Of a DNA stretch of 44,488 nucleotides, positions 33,774 through 43,900 are shown piece after piece. Made by a program: the position numbers and the translations under genes. Location of the stretch: assembly GCA_024679065.1 (NCBI GenBank), contig JAGIQG010000272.1, positions 1 through 44,488 on the forward strand. Direction: 5' to 3'. Each line of letters starts with the position of its first letter. Within the stretch, counting starts at the first letter, position 1. Source of the DNA: Sphyrna mokarran. Taxonomy: Eukaryota. The notes beneath the pieces are model-generated. The model saw only the letters and a list, made by a program, of their open reading frames with translations. It had not been told where the DNA came from and did no database searches.

Positions 33774-36700
33774 GTGAGTAAGAGGCGGGTGGGAATTTCA
33801 AGCGGAATCGATTTTATAAACTCGAATGAGCGTTTTCTAAGCTGAAAGCGTGAGTGAGCCAGTGTTCGGGTGAAGACATTTGCACTAATCATATAAGTTA
33901 ATTTATTGGTTTTACTCATGAAGTTAAGAAAAAAAATGACAAACAATGATTTAAATGAATGAGGAGATTATGCAGAGGATAACACTGCTGCCTCAAAGCG
34001 TCACAAAGCTTTGTGTGGACTGTGGAGACTGCGTGGGTTTCCTCCGATCGCCCCAGTTTGCTCCCACAGTCCAAAAGAGGTGCTAGTTGATGCATTGACG
34101 GTGCTAAAAAATATCCCTCAGTGTATCTGGACAGGCTCGCAGTGTGGAAGTTAGGGGAATTTCGCCGTAACTTCATTGCAGTGTTAATGTAAGCTTACTT
34201 CTGACATTAATAAAATAAACTTTCATTCGAGACGATTTGATTTTTAGAGTTAGCTTCTGGTATTTCAATAATCATTGCTTATCTCACAATAATCTCTCTA
34301 GTTACAGAATCCGAGTCCTCTCTGTATCAGATCCCTTTCACATTGACAGCTGCGAGAGGCCAAACGGTGGAATTATTCTGTCATGACACTCAAGAAGTGG
34401 ATTTGGTGTCCAACTATGCTTGGTACAAACAGCGGCTAGGTGAAGCCCCGATTCTAATAACCACTACATCCTGTACTGGGCCCGACTGTAAGTTTATTTC
34501 TGAAAAAGGCGATCCAGGGAACGTGTTGATTCTGAAAATTCGCAATGTCCAGATGAATGACTCTGGTTCCTACTACTGTATGTATATATACATAGATCGG
34601 TCTTTACTGTTCCGGTATGCAACCACACTCCTGGTTGGAGGTAAGGGAGAAAGTGAATTCACTCAGAGTATGCACATTATCCTTTTTTTATGTGCGTAAA
34701 TTAATCATTAACTGTGTCCCAATTTCTGTCCAGACAGTTCCACCAACAAGACGGTTGTGCAAGTATTTGTCCCGCCAGCTGATCTGGATGTGAATGATAA
34801 TGTGCCTTTAGTCTGTTTGGTCAGTGGAGTTTCTTCCAAGCAGATTGCTGTTTTCTGGAATATTTCCGGCTTGGTCACTGAGGGATCGAGTGATCCCGGG
34901 ATAACTGGGGAGGACGGGACCTACAGCATCAGAAGTCATGTCATGGTGTCGGGGCAAGTCTGGAGAAATGGCGGTGTCTGTACTTGCATTGTTCAAATGG
35001 GGATTCCAGGCAAATATTGGACGAAAAGTGTATCCTCCCCCAATTCAGGTGAGTTGTCAACCTCCACAATGATGGTTTGAATTCAACTTGTAATCAGTTG
35101 CAGTAATATTCCAAATATTCAGAAACTGACGTCTGTTACGTACACAGAGAGATCTCCAATTGTACCTGCATTATTTATTTGTGGCACACGTATGCTTACG
35201 TTAAAGCTACAAATAAATTGCTGTGAAATATGCCTATTCGCCGTACTCCTGCGCCCATTGGAGTGCACTGCAGAAAATTCAGTCTGCCCAATTCCCGCGA
35301 ACCAGCATGGCTTCAGAGAGTTGGAGGAAACTAGATCGCCTGCAGGAGACGGTGCCAACCTGCACAGACAGTGAATCAAGCCGCGAATCAAACCATGTTC
35401 TCTGGAACTATATGGCGGCAATAGTAATCAATGTGCCACCTGGAATCCTGTCACTTCTCCCCTTCAAGGTAGACTCCGTTTCCCAGCTGAAAGTTTTTAT
35501 TGAATCTGCTTCCATCGTCCTTTTCAGACATTGGATTTTCCAACCCATTTGAAGTCAGTGCAACACTGGATGCGCTTTGCAATCGAGAAACGGAAGCATT
35601 GGACTTCAATACAGATAAATGTGTAGTGGCCCATTTTGGCAGGAATAATGGGATGAAGGAATACAATATAAGGGGTAGGAGCCTTAGCTGTGTTGTAGAG
35701 CAGAAGGATGTCGGGGTCCGGGTCCATAGGACTCTTAAATCGGCCTCGCAGATGGAGGAAGTGGTCAAGTAGGCGTACGGTGTACTGGCCTTCATTAATC
35801 GAGGAATAGAATTTAGGAGTCAGGAGGTAATGATACAGCTCTATAAGACTCTTGTCAGGCCCCAGTTGGAGTATTGTGCGCAGTTCTGATCGCCTCATTA
35901 TAGGAAGGATGTAGAGGCTATTGAAAGGGTTCAGAGGAGATTTACAAGGATGCTGCCTGGATTGAGAGGCAGGCCTTATGAAGATAGGTTGAGGGAGCTG
36001 GGACTCTTCTCACTGGAGAAACGGAGGTTGAGAGGCGACCTGATAGAGGTTTATGAAATGTTGAGAGGAATAGATAGGGTGGACTGTCAGAGACTATTTC
36101 CCCGAGCTGAAATGGTCACTACGAGAGGACACAGATTTAAGGTGCAGGGAAGCAAATACAAAGGAGATGTCAGGGGTAGGTTTTTCACTCAGAGGGTGGT
36201 GAGTGAATGGAACCGACTGCCGTCGGAGGCTGTTGAGGCAAACTCACTGGGGTCTTTTAAGAGACTTCTGGATGAGTATATGGAAAAGAGTAGGATAGGG
36301 GGTTATAGATAGGTCTGTGGATTGGTAGATGTGATCAGCGCAACTCGTGGGCTGAAGGGCCTGTTTGTGTTGTATTCTTCTATGTTCTATGTTCTATGTT
36401 TAACTATTTTCGAAATCTGTCTTTTCTAGTTTCCCTTGAGGTATTAGTTCAATTTTCTATAATAACACTCCAGAATTTTTAGGTTCCGTTTGGCATCTGT
36501 TTTCGTATAAATTCCTAATACCTGGACTCTAATCGCATTAAAATCAAGATGAAAAACAACACATAAATTACATTTTCGACTATTTTATGCTATTTGGTAT
36601 TGTGATTCAGAGAATGTCTGCATGGCCAATGGAATCTATTACAATACATTTCACAACTGGAATTGTATTTGGACTCGTAGTGAGAAATGTGCAAAACTGT

Positions 36701-39700
36701 GGGGGAAATTTAAATAGAGTGACAGTATTTCAATAGCTATTTCAAAGATGGGGTGCAGTCTACGTGCTGTGGGTTGACCCATAATGACATTAGGGATGCA
36801 GTTCTAGGATTTTGACCCAGCAACTGGGACAGAATGCCAGTATGTTTCCAAGTCGGGATACTAAGTGGCTTGTAGAAGGAAACGCAGTGGCGGTGTTCCC
36901 TTGTATTCGCTGTCCTTGTCCTTCTGGATGAAACTGTTATAGGTTTGAAAGATGCTGTCTAAGGATCATTGGTGAATTGCTGAGTGAGTGTACGCGCTGC
37001 TGCTTCTGAGCATCGGCTGATGGAGGGAGTGAATGTGTTGCCAATCGAGCGGGCTGATTTGCCTTTGACGATGTCAGGTTTCTTTCGCGTTGTTGGAGTT
37101 GCACCCAACTAGGCACGTGGGGGGTAATCCATCATACTTCTGACTTGTGCTTTACAGATGGCGAACAGGTTTTGAGGAGTCAGAAGGTGAGTTAATTTCA
37201 TAGAACATAGAACATAGAACATTACAGCACAGAACAGGCCCTTCGGCCTTCGATGTTGTGCCGAGCAATATAAAAAGCAATGCCCCTCCAAACTAAACCA
37301 TTCCCTTCTCTTCCATATACTTATCAACTAACCTCTTAAACGCCACCAAACTTGGCGCATCTACAACCGCTGCAGGCAGGGCATTCCACTCCCGACCACC
37401 CTTTGGGTAAAGAACCTACCTCTGATATCCGTCCTATAACTATCACCCCTTAATTTAAAACTGTGTCCCCTCGTGCTAGCTTTTTCCATCCTAGGAAAAA
37501 GGCTATCACTGTCCACCCTATCTAAACCTCTAATCATCATGTTTCGATTAGGTCCCCTCTTAGCCGCCTCCTTTCTAACGAAAACAACCTCAAATCCCTC
37601 AGCCTCTCTTCAAAAGACCTGCCCTCCATACCAGGCAACATCCTGGTAAATTTCCTCAGGATTTCCAGCCTCTGACCTGCTTTTGTACCTACTCTGTTTA
37701 ACTGGGGATTCCAGTTGAGTTTTGATCAATGATAATCTGAAAAAAATGCCATTGGTTGTTCAGTTATGGTTATAATATAGCATGACGAGAGGCAACAATT
37801 AGAGTGTCTGAGTTCAGCTTCCCGTCCTAGAAACGCGGAACGATTTATTTGACCCAGCAGCAATTTGAAATAGTTTTCTCTCTATAGGATGGTGCAATCT
37901 GGAACATTCCATTGTCATAATTATCCTGTTGGTCCCGATTCTCCTCTTTGTCCTTCTTTCCATTTGTATTTGGAAGAGCAGCAGATCAGGTGAGGAATAA
38001 TTTTAAGTAGGGATATCATTATTATTGTTCATCTCATGTAATTCCCCTTGTAGTTTTAAATTGCTGATCACAGTGTCTTGTTTCAGGAGAGCGAGCAGAG
38101 GGAACCGGTATTGAAAGGTGAATAATTGAGCCATTTTCAAAGTTCATCTCTCTATATATATCATAATAAACGCAGTTCAAAACCAATATTTATTCCTATG
38201 GCACATACTGAGATTTTCCATGTTTTAAAATTAAGTACCCTTTCTCTCAAATATTTCCGGCCAGGTTTTGCAGGATATAATACCTGTTTCATTTTGTTTA
38301 TTTTCTCAAGTAGTTTTAGCTTGAGACAAAAATTGCGCAGAGGACAGCGGAAAGAGAGACAAACGGGTAAGTTACATCCAAATGAAGGCAAATATTCAAT
38401 ATCGTTGAACAGATAAATCATAGGGACTTTGCAGTGGGCGACACGATGGCACAGTACTTAACACAGCTGCCTCACAGCTCGAAACCTGTGTTTGATTCCC
38501 CGGCTCGGGTCACTTCTGTGTGGAGTTTACACATGCTCCTCGTATCTACTTGGGTTTCCTTTAGGTGCTCCGGTTTCCTCCCACAGTCCGAAGATATGCG
38601 GGTTAGGTTGAATGGCCATGTTAAAATTGCCCATTAGTGTCTTAAGAAGCTTAGGTTAGAAGCATTAGTAGGTAAAATATGTAGGGATATGGGGGTGGGG
38701 CCTGGGTGGGTTTATGGTCGGTGCAGACTTGATGGGCAGAAGGGCCTCTTTCTGCACTGTACGGTTCTATGATATTTCATCAGTGCAGAAGGCCAGTCAG
38801 CGCATCAAACCTGCTTTGACACCAATCCCATCCATGCTCTATCCCTGTTGTGCCGCACATTTACAGAGCGAATGCCCCTGGCAGTGAGCATAAATGAGCA
38901 CGGTCCATCCACCTAATCTACACATCTTTGGACTTCTGTAAACTAACTCTACCCGCCACATAGACACCAGTGACATTTATATAAATGACGGAATATGGTG
39001 GTGGTGGGGGGAAGTGGGGGTTGGGTAGGAAACAGAACCTTGTGGTACACCAAGGGACACTGGCTTCCAGGTACTAAGCATCCTCCTGTCGTCACTTGCT
39101 GTTTCCAGCAACTGATCCGATTCTGGATGCACTTTATCAAATTACCTTGAATATTTGCAAGTCTCCTATTTGGAACCATGTCAAAGGCTTTGCTGAAATG
39201 CATCTAAACTACAACGGCTACACTACCTTCGTCTGCACGCCTGGTCAGCCGCACAAAATTCAATCAGATGTGTTAGGCATGACTTCCCTCTGGCGAAGCC
39301 ATGCTCACTATATCTGCACAAGCTTTGTCTCTCCAAGTGTCGATAGATTTTTCTCCTTCAGATTCTTCTTTCATTGTTTTCCTACCACTGATGTGAGACT
39401 CACTTGTCTGTAGTTCCCTGGTTCATCTCTAAAACATTTTCCTAAATAACCCAACCATATTTGTCGTTCTTCTGGGAGTTCCCATGGCCAGTGAGGAATT
39501 GAAAAATATGAGCCAGTGCCTCTGCAATCTCCCCTCTTGCCTTCCAATGTTGCTGGGGGCGTAAATCAGCTGGACTTGGAGATATATCCAATTTTGAGAC
39601 TGCCAACACCTCCAATAGCTTATCTTACCCAATGTCAATTTGCTCCAGAACCACACAGTCCCTGAATTCTGGATCAGAGTCCTCATTTTCTTGGGTGGAA

Positions 39701-42700
39701 AAGGATGTGATGTTTTCATTTAGCACCTGGCCCCATGTCCTCTGGCTCCACCCACAGTTTATCGCCTTCGCGCCTAATGGGCCCTATTCTTTTCCTGTTT
39801 GATATACAAATCGATTATGCTAGGATTTTCCCTACTTTTGCCAGACAGAACTTTCTGATATCCGTTCTCTGTATTCCTAACTGCTTTCCTAAATTGACAT
39901 CTTCCACTTCGTTACACAGGTGACTATCGCCAAACATATGGAAATGGAACACAAGACTGTGCAGTTCAGGTAAGCGCTTTACGAATAATTTAATACCATT
40001 GAGGAAATTGGATTTTAGAATAAGTTGCAGGATGTCCCATCCGGGATACTTCATGCGGCTATCAGCATGCAGCTCACGGTCTGAAGCATCTAATTGTGAA
40101 CGAAACCACATTCGCCCACACTTTGGAATCAGAACACATATCTCTGCGGCTCTTCCAAATGTTCGTGCAGCGATTGAGTTAATGTTCCAGTTACAATATA
40201 TCAGACAGACGTTGCTGTCGGTTTCCAGCAGTTTTCATTGTTGATTGCCAGATTTTTGTTTCGTTTGACTCTATTTATTTTTGCGGTGGATCTAGTTCTC
40301 CCCCCGTCAGTTCCAGGTTTCCTCCCACCCGCACCCAGTTGGAATTGTACTAATTGCTGGGATTATCTTCACAGTGAGATAATGGTTAACAATGCTGCTT
40401 CACAGTGTGAGGGACACGGGTTCAATCCTCGGCTTGGGTCACTGTCTCTGTGAAGTTTGCACATTCTCCCCGGGCCTACATGGATTTCCTCCGGGTGCTT
40501 CAGTTTCCTCTCACCGCCCAAAGATGTGCGTATTAGGTGGGTTGGCTGTGCTGAATTATCATTAATGCCAGGCGGACTTGCGAGAATGAGATTATGGGGA
40601 TAGGGCTTCGGTGTCATTGTGGTGCACACTGAATGGGCCGAATGACTTCATGCTGTACCGTAGGATTCTACATATTGTCGTTTTGAGCCTGTGTGTTTGA
40701 GAGATTCTGTGCATATCTCTTTGTCTGTGTTTTTGAGAGGTTGTGTTTGTGAGATTGTTAGATTTTCTTTCTGTGTATCTCGGTGAGAAATTGTGTCCGT
40801 TGAGCGGAACGGGTGAATGTGTGTGTGCCTGTGGGGGAGACTCAGAGAGAGAGAGAGAGACACTACGTGTTTGAGGGATACATAAATGAATGAATACTTG
40901 TGTGACTGTGTGTGTTTGTATGTGCATCTGTGTTTCTATGCATGTGTGCCTGAGCGTGTGTGAACGAAATCGCTTCTGTGTGTTTGTGTCTCTGTGTGTT
41001 TGTATATCATGAGATAGCATAATCGGCTTTGGACTTCGGTGGGCATCACATTAAAGTCCTATAGATGTATTTGCAATCGTGAACTTTTGGAGTGCTGCTG
41101 GTTCATCAGGTGAGTCCTGGTGTATGTACTTATAAGAGTGCCTGAGTGTATGGGAGTGAAAGTGCTTCTGTTCATGTAGTTCAGTTTTCGGTCTCTTGTT
41201 CCCGTCAGTATTTAATCACTCAACAAACATTTAAAAATATGACAATTCATCTGTCTCATTATTGAATTATTCCTTAATTTAATCATACTGTTGGCAAAGG
41301 CGCTGCCAAATTTACTACTTTCGATGGGTAAATACAACTTCAACAAGTGGCAATCAATGATTAGGCTTTGAAGAAGCTCAGGAATTACACAGTTATTGTA
41401 CAGTAACTGGTATTTTGAATTCATTGTCTGGTTTGATGGAGGAAGTTTTAGTTATTTAAAGGGAACCAGAATATATTTGTGAACTGTTGTACCCTGAAAT
41501 TTGGCGCTGACACTGGAATTAGAAGAGACTGCCAGTTGTCTGGCCAGCAAAGATATGATGGTGTAATGGCCTCTTTCCACGTGGTTCCTGTTTGGTTGTT
41601 CAATGCTGCGGCTGGTTGTGTTTAAATGTCGGGGACTTCCCAAAACTCAAAGATTGAGGGCGTCACGGTGGCACAGTGGTTAGTGCTACTGCCTCGCAAC
41701 ACCAGGGGCCGAAGCTCGATTCCTCGGGTGGCTGTCTATGTGGAGTTTACAAGTTTTCACCATGTCTGCACGGATCTCCTCTGGGTGCTCCGGCTTCCCA
41801 CAGTGCGAAGATTTACAGCTTAGTTAAGTTAGCCATGGTAAATATGTGGGGATACAGGCAAAGGATGGGGCGAGGCCTGGTTCAGATACACCGTCCGAGC
41901 ATTGGTGCAGACTTGACAGCCAAAAGATGTATGATTCTGAAGGGGCTTAACACAGTAGATAGTGATACGATGTATGATTCTCGAAGGGCTTGATGCGATA
42001 GATTCTGAGACGCTCACCAGGGAATCTTGAACATAACACATATCGAAATATAGTAATCGGATTGGCTGTTGAATAGTAATCAATTGATAGTCATAAACAT
42101 TTTATGTGTAAGTCGCATTCCAAATTCTGCTTCTCTATGATTACGTTCCTTCAGTCAATTGCAGTCTTTGACGCTGGGTCGTTAAGAATGGTCAAGGCTG
42201 AGATAGGTTCTTAATAAATAAGGAAATCAAGCGTTATGCACATAACGTCAGAAAGTGGAGTAGACAGCTGTCATATCGGAGCACTCATGAGCTCATTGAA
42301 TAGTGGAACAGACTTGATGGGCAGAACGGCCAACTTCTGCTTCTGTGTCTTATGGTAAACCATAGAAATCCAACAGTGCAGAAAGAGGCCATTCGGCCCA
42401 TAGAGTTTGCACTGACAACAATCCTGCCCGGGCCATATCCCAGTATGTCTACATATTTACCCGCCAATCCTTCTCACCTCACCCGCATATCTTTAGTCTG
42501 TCAGAGGAAACGGGAACAGCTAGAGGAAACACACGCAGACTCGGGGAGAATGTGCAAACTCCACACAGACAGTGACCAGAGTGGGAATCGACCCCAGGTC
42601 CCTGGAGCTTGAAATAGCAGTGCTACCCCCTATGCAACAGTGCCACGCACGATGGGCACATTATGGGCTAATTCTTCCACAGATGCATTAAGCCATTAAT

Positions 42701-43542
42701 TTTGCAATTGATTTAGAGGCCACCAGAAGTGTCTAAACAAACACATTGAAAAGAAATTGGAAAACTGTTTTTGTTTGAAAGAACATTGCCGAGAATTATG
42801 AAGAAAACTGAAGTGAAGTTTGGATTAAATGGGATGCGATGGCCTTGCGGTCTCATCGTTAGCAGATTATTCAGCTGAATGTTTTGAGGATTCTGTTCCA
42901 ATCTAGCAACAACAGAGGGCGGAATTTATAGAACATAGAACATAGAACATGACAGCGCAGAACAGACCCTTCGGCCTTCAATGTTGCGCCGACCAATTAG
43001 GAAAAAGCAATGAACTTCTAACCTAGATCATTCCCTTTTCGTCCATAAACTTATCTTAAGAATCCACTGATGAACGAGAAACAAGTATCAGAAAATCACG
43101 TGGTACATTATTGTTCTTCAGGATGTAAATATGTCATTCATATCTAGTCTGGACGACACGCAACTTCAGAGCCACAACATTATGGTTGTGGCTAAATAAG
43201 GACAACTAAGAATGCGCAAAGCTAACGATGCCCACGTCCCACGGATGAATTAAAAGTGGATTGCTCTTTCAAAGATCCAACATGGATTCATTGGGCCGAA
43301 TAGTTTCCATCTAAACAGTAGCATTTTATGATTTTATGTACCGCTTTTGAGTTTTGGTATCATCTTAATTATTTATGGGCCGAACGCCTCCTTCTGCACT
43401 TTCGGGAATCTATTGCTCTCCTTGATCATTCTCTGATTTGTGAATGTTTCAGAGTGGACCTACCTACGCCTCCCTGGATTTGGCCGCCTTGGAAAAGAAA
43501 TCAAAAAAGAAGTCGGATCGAAAAAAAGAATCCAAACCATGA
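33719..43542 (+). CDS. Spliced gene for a non-rearranging antigen-receptor-like IgSF type I membrane protein (leader-VJ-C1-TM-cytoplasmic tail with Tyr motif). Exons 33719-33773, 34302-34640, 34734-35048, 37888-37989, 38087-38117, 38320-38366, 39920-39969, 43453-43542; about 342 aa
   Basis: Manual splicing gives one open frame of 1029 nt with GT-AG introns of phases 1,1,1,1,2,1,0. It has a signal peptide, V-set and C1-set motifs, a hydrophobic TM segment and a tail ending [31 protein letters not shown]1 and TM exons are firm; the small cytoplasmic exons are less certain. Confidence 0.85.
33975..34225 (+). mobile_element. SINE in intron 1
   Basis: CACTGCTGCCTCA head remnant, TGCGTGGGTTTCCTCCG core and AATAAA-rich tail; related - strand copy at about 35118-35410. 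Confidence 0.65.
34302..34640 (+). CDS. Exon 2, Ig V-set domain with J-like G strand in the same exon
   Basis: [26 protein letters not shown]...[15 protein letters not shown]...[16 protein letters not shown]...[11 protein letters not shown]. Canonical B-strand Cys, WYKQ and DSGxYYC; acceptor ctctctAG, donor G|GTAAGG. Confidence 0.95.
34734..35048 (+). CDS. Exon 3, Ig C1-set domain
   Basis: [15 protein letters not shown]...PLVCLVSG...IAVFWN...[28 protein letters not shown] matches the Ig/TCR/MHC C1-set pattern; acceptor ttctgtccAG, donor CAG|GTGAGT; 93-nt intron after the V exon. Confidence 0.95.
35597..36398 (+). mobile_element. 5'-truncated CR1 (second subfamily) in intron 3
   Basis: ORF 35950-36312 plus upstream RT remnant with stops; (TTCTATG)n tail. 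Confidence 0.93.
37199..37650 (-). mobile_element. Short CR1 3' copy inserted in an older LINE remnant (about 36740-37770) in intron 3
   Basis: CATAGAA tail at 37199; candidate TSD AATTTC at 37194-37199 and 37649-37654; host remnant reads [13 protein letters not shown] on the - strand. Confidence 0.88.
37888..37989 (+). CDS. Exon 4, stalk plus transmembrane segment [34 protein letters not shown]
   Basis: 102-nt phase 1-1 exon; acceptor ttttctctctatAG, donor CAG|GTGAGG; about 20 hydrophobic residues followed by W-K. Confidence 0.9.
38087..38117 (+). CDS. Exon 5, cytoplasmic mini-exon [10 protein letters not shown]
   Basis: Acceptor tcttgtttcAG, donor AAG|GTGAAT; phase 1 in, phase 2 out, matching the next exon. 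Confidence 0.7.
38320..38366 (+). CDS. Exon 6, basic cytoplasmic exon [16 protein letters not shown] (alternative in-frame starts 38311 and 38314)
   Basis: Long pyrimidine tract, three in-frame AG acceptors, perfect donor G|GTAAGT. Confidence 0.7.
38436..38772 (+). mobile_element. HE1-like SINE in intron 6
   Basis: GGGCGACACGATGGCACAGT head, shared core and CR1-like tail. Confidence 0.8.
38960..39890 (-). mobile_element. Old CR1 RT remnant in intron 6
   Basis: [11 protein letters not shown] remnant (38949-39203), roughly collinear with 7740-8690. Confidence 0.7.
39920..39969 (+). CDS. Exon 7, cytoplasmic exon [17 protein letters not shown]
   Basis: Acceptor cttccacttcgttacacAG, donor CAG|GTAAGC; phase 1 in, phase 0 out. 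Confidence 0.7.
40370..40670 (+). mobile_element. HE1-like SINE in intron 7
   Basis: GGGTTCAATCC B-box-like motif and shared core. Confidence 0.75.
40680..41005. repeat. Degenerate (TG)/(AG)-rich simple-sequence tract
   Basis: Runs of TGTGTG and GAGAGA; explains the spurious T/H/Q-rich ORF 40592-41020. Confidence 0.85.
41658..41940 (+). mobile_element. HE1-like SINE
   Basis: GGGCGTCACGGTGGCACAGTGGTTAG A-box head and shared core. Confidence 0.75.
42355..42650 (-). mobile_element. HE1-like SINE
   Basis: Reverse-strand core GGGGAGAATGTGCAAACTCCACACAGAC and B-box GGGAATCGACCC. Confidence 0.8.
42928..43056 (-). mobile_element. CR1 3' UTR and tail stub
   Basis: (ATAGAAC)3 followed by the CCCTTCGGCC stem. 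Confidence 0.8.
43453..43542 (+). CDS. Exon 8, terminal coding exon with ITIM-like TYASL
   Basis: Acceptor gaatgtttcAG; phase 0 reads [32 protein letters not shown]. Confidence 0.8.
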   Translation, partial: SGPTYASLDLAALEKKSKKKSDRKKESKP

Positions 43543-43894
43543 TTTATGAAGGGGGCAGAATTTCCCGAAATTTCGCAGTCTCATGGAGGTAACCATGGAA
43601 CCAATGAGATTCCCTTCAAACAGTTATACTTTCTCCGCGGATCCGCCAATCATTGACATTTACTGTAAATGCTTGGAAATTGATTTTAGGATATTTCAGC
43701 TGAATGGTGTCCTTCAGCTGTAGACAAAACTTCGAGCAATGCTGAGAGACTTTCCTGAGTTTCTCTTAAAATTTTCTGCTGATCGTATTACTCAAGTTGA
43801 TCACATAAGCTGTACCACTTCTCGTTGTAAATGTCAACATGTGAATACCAATTAATGATTCTAACTTTACAACGATGTCTTGATCTTGATCAAT

Positions 43895-43900
43895 AATAAA
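43895..43900 (+). terminator. Candidate polyadenylation signal of the IgSF gene
   Basis: AATAAA about 350 nt downstream of the stop codon. Confidence 0.45.

Noticed and set aside
33770-33776. CACTGTG heptamer at the leader donor (also heptamers near 13171, 22021, 30901 and 38070)
   Set aside because: No convincing nonamer at 12 or 23 nt spacing; heptamers are expected by chance.
34302-35048. Conventional or germline-joined Ig light chain, or a TCR chain
   Set aside because: C1 splices to a TM exon and long Tyr-containing tail, lacks the C-terminal light-chain Cys, the TM has no charged residues, and there is no FGxG or RSS.
40592-41020. 142-aa T/H/Q-rich ORF
   Set aside because: Translation of a (CA)n-rich simple repeat.
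41060-41116. Strong donor CAG|GTGAGT in intron 7 as an extra exon
   Set aside because: No convincing upstream acceptor; exons 7 and 8 already join in phase, and the site looks repeat-derived.
41658-41730. tRNA gene
   Set aside because: The A/B-box-like head runs directly into a SINE core; no intact cloverleaf is evident.
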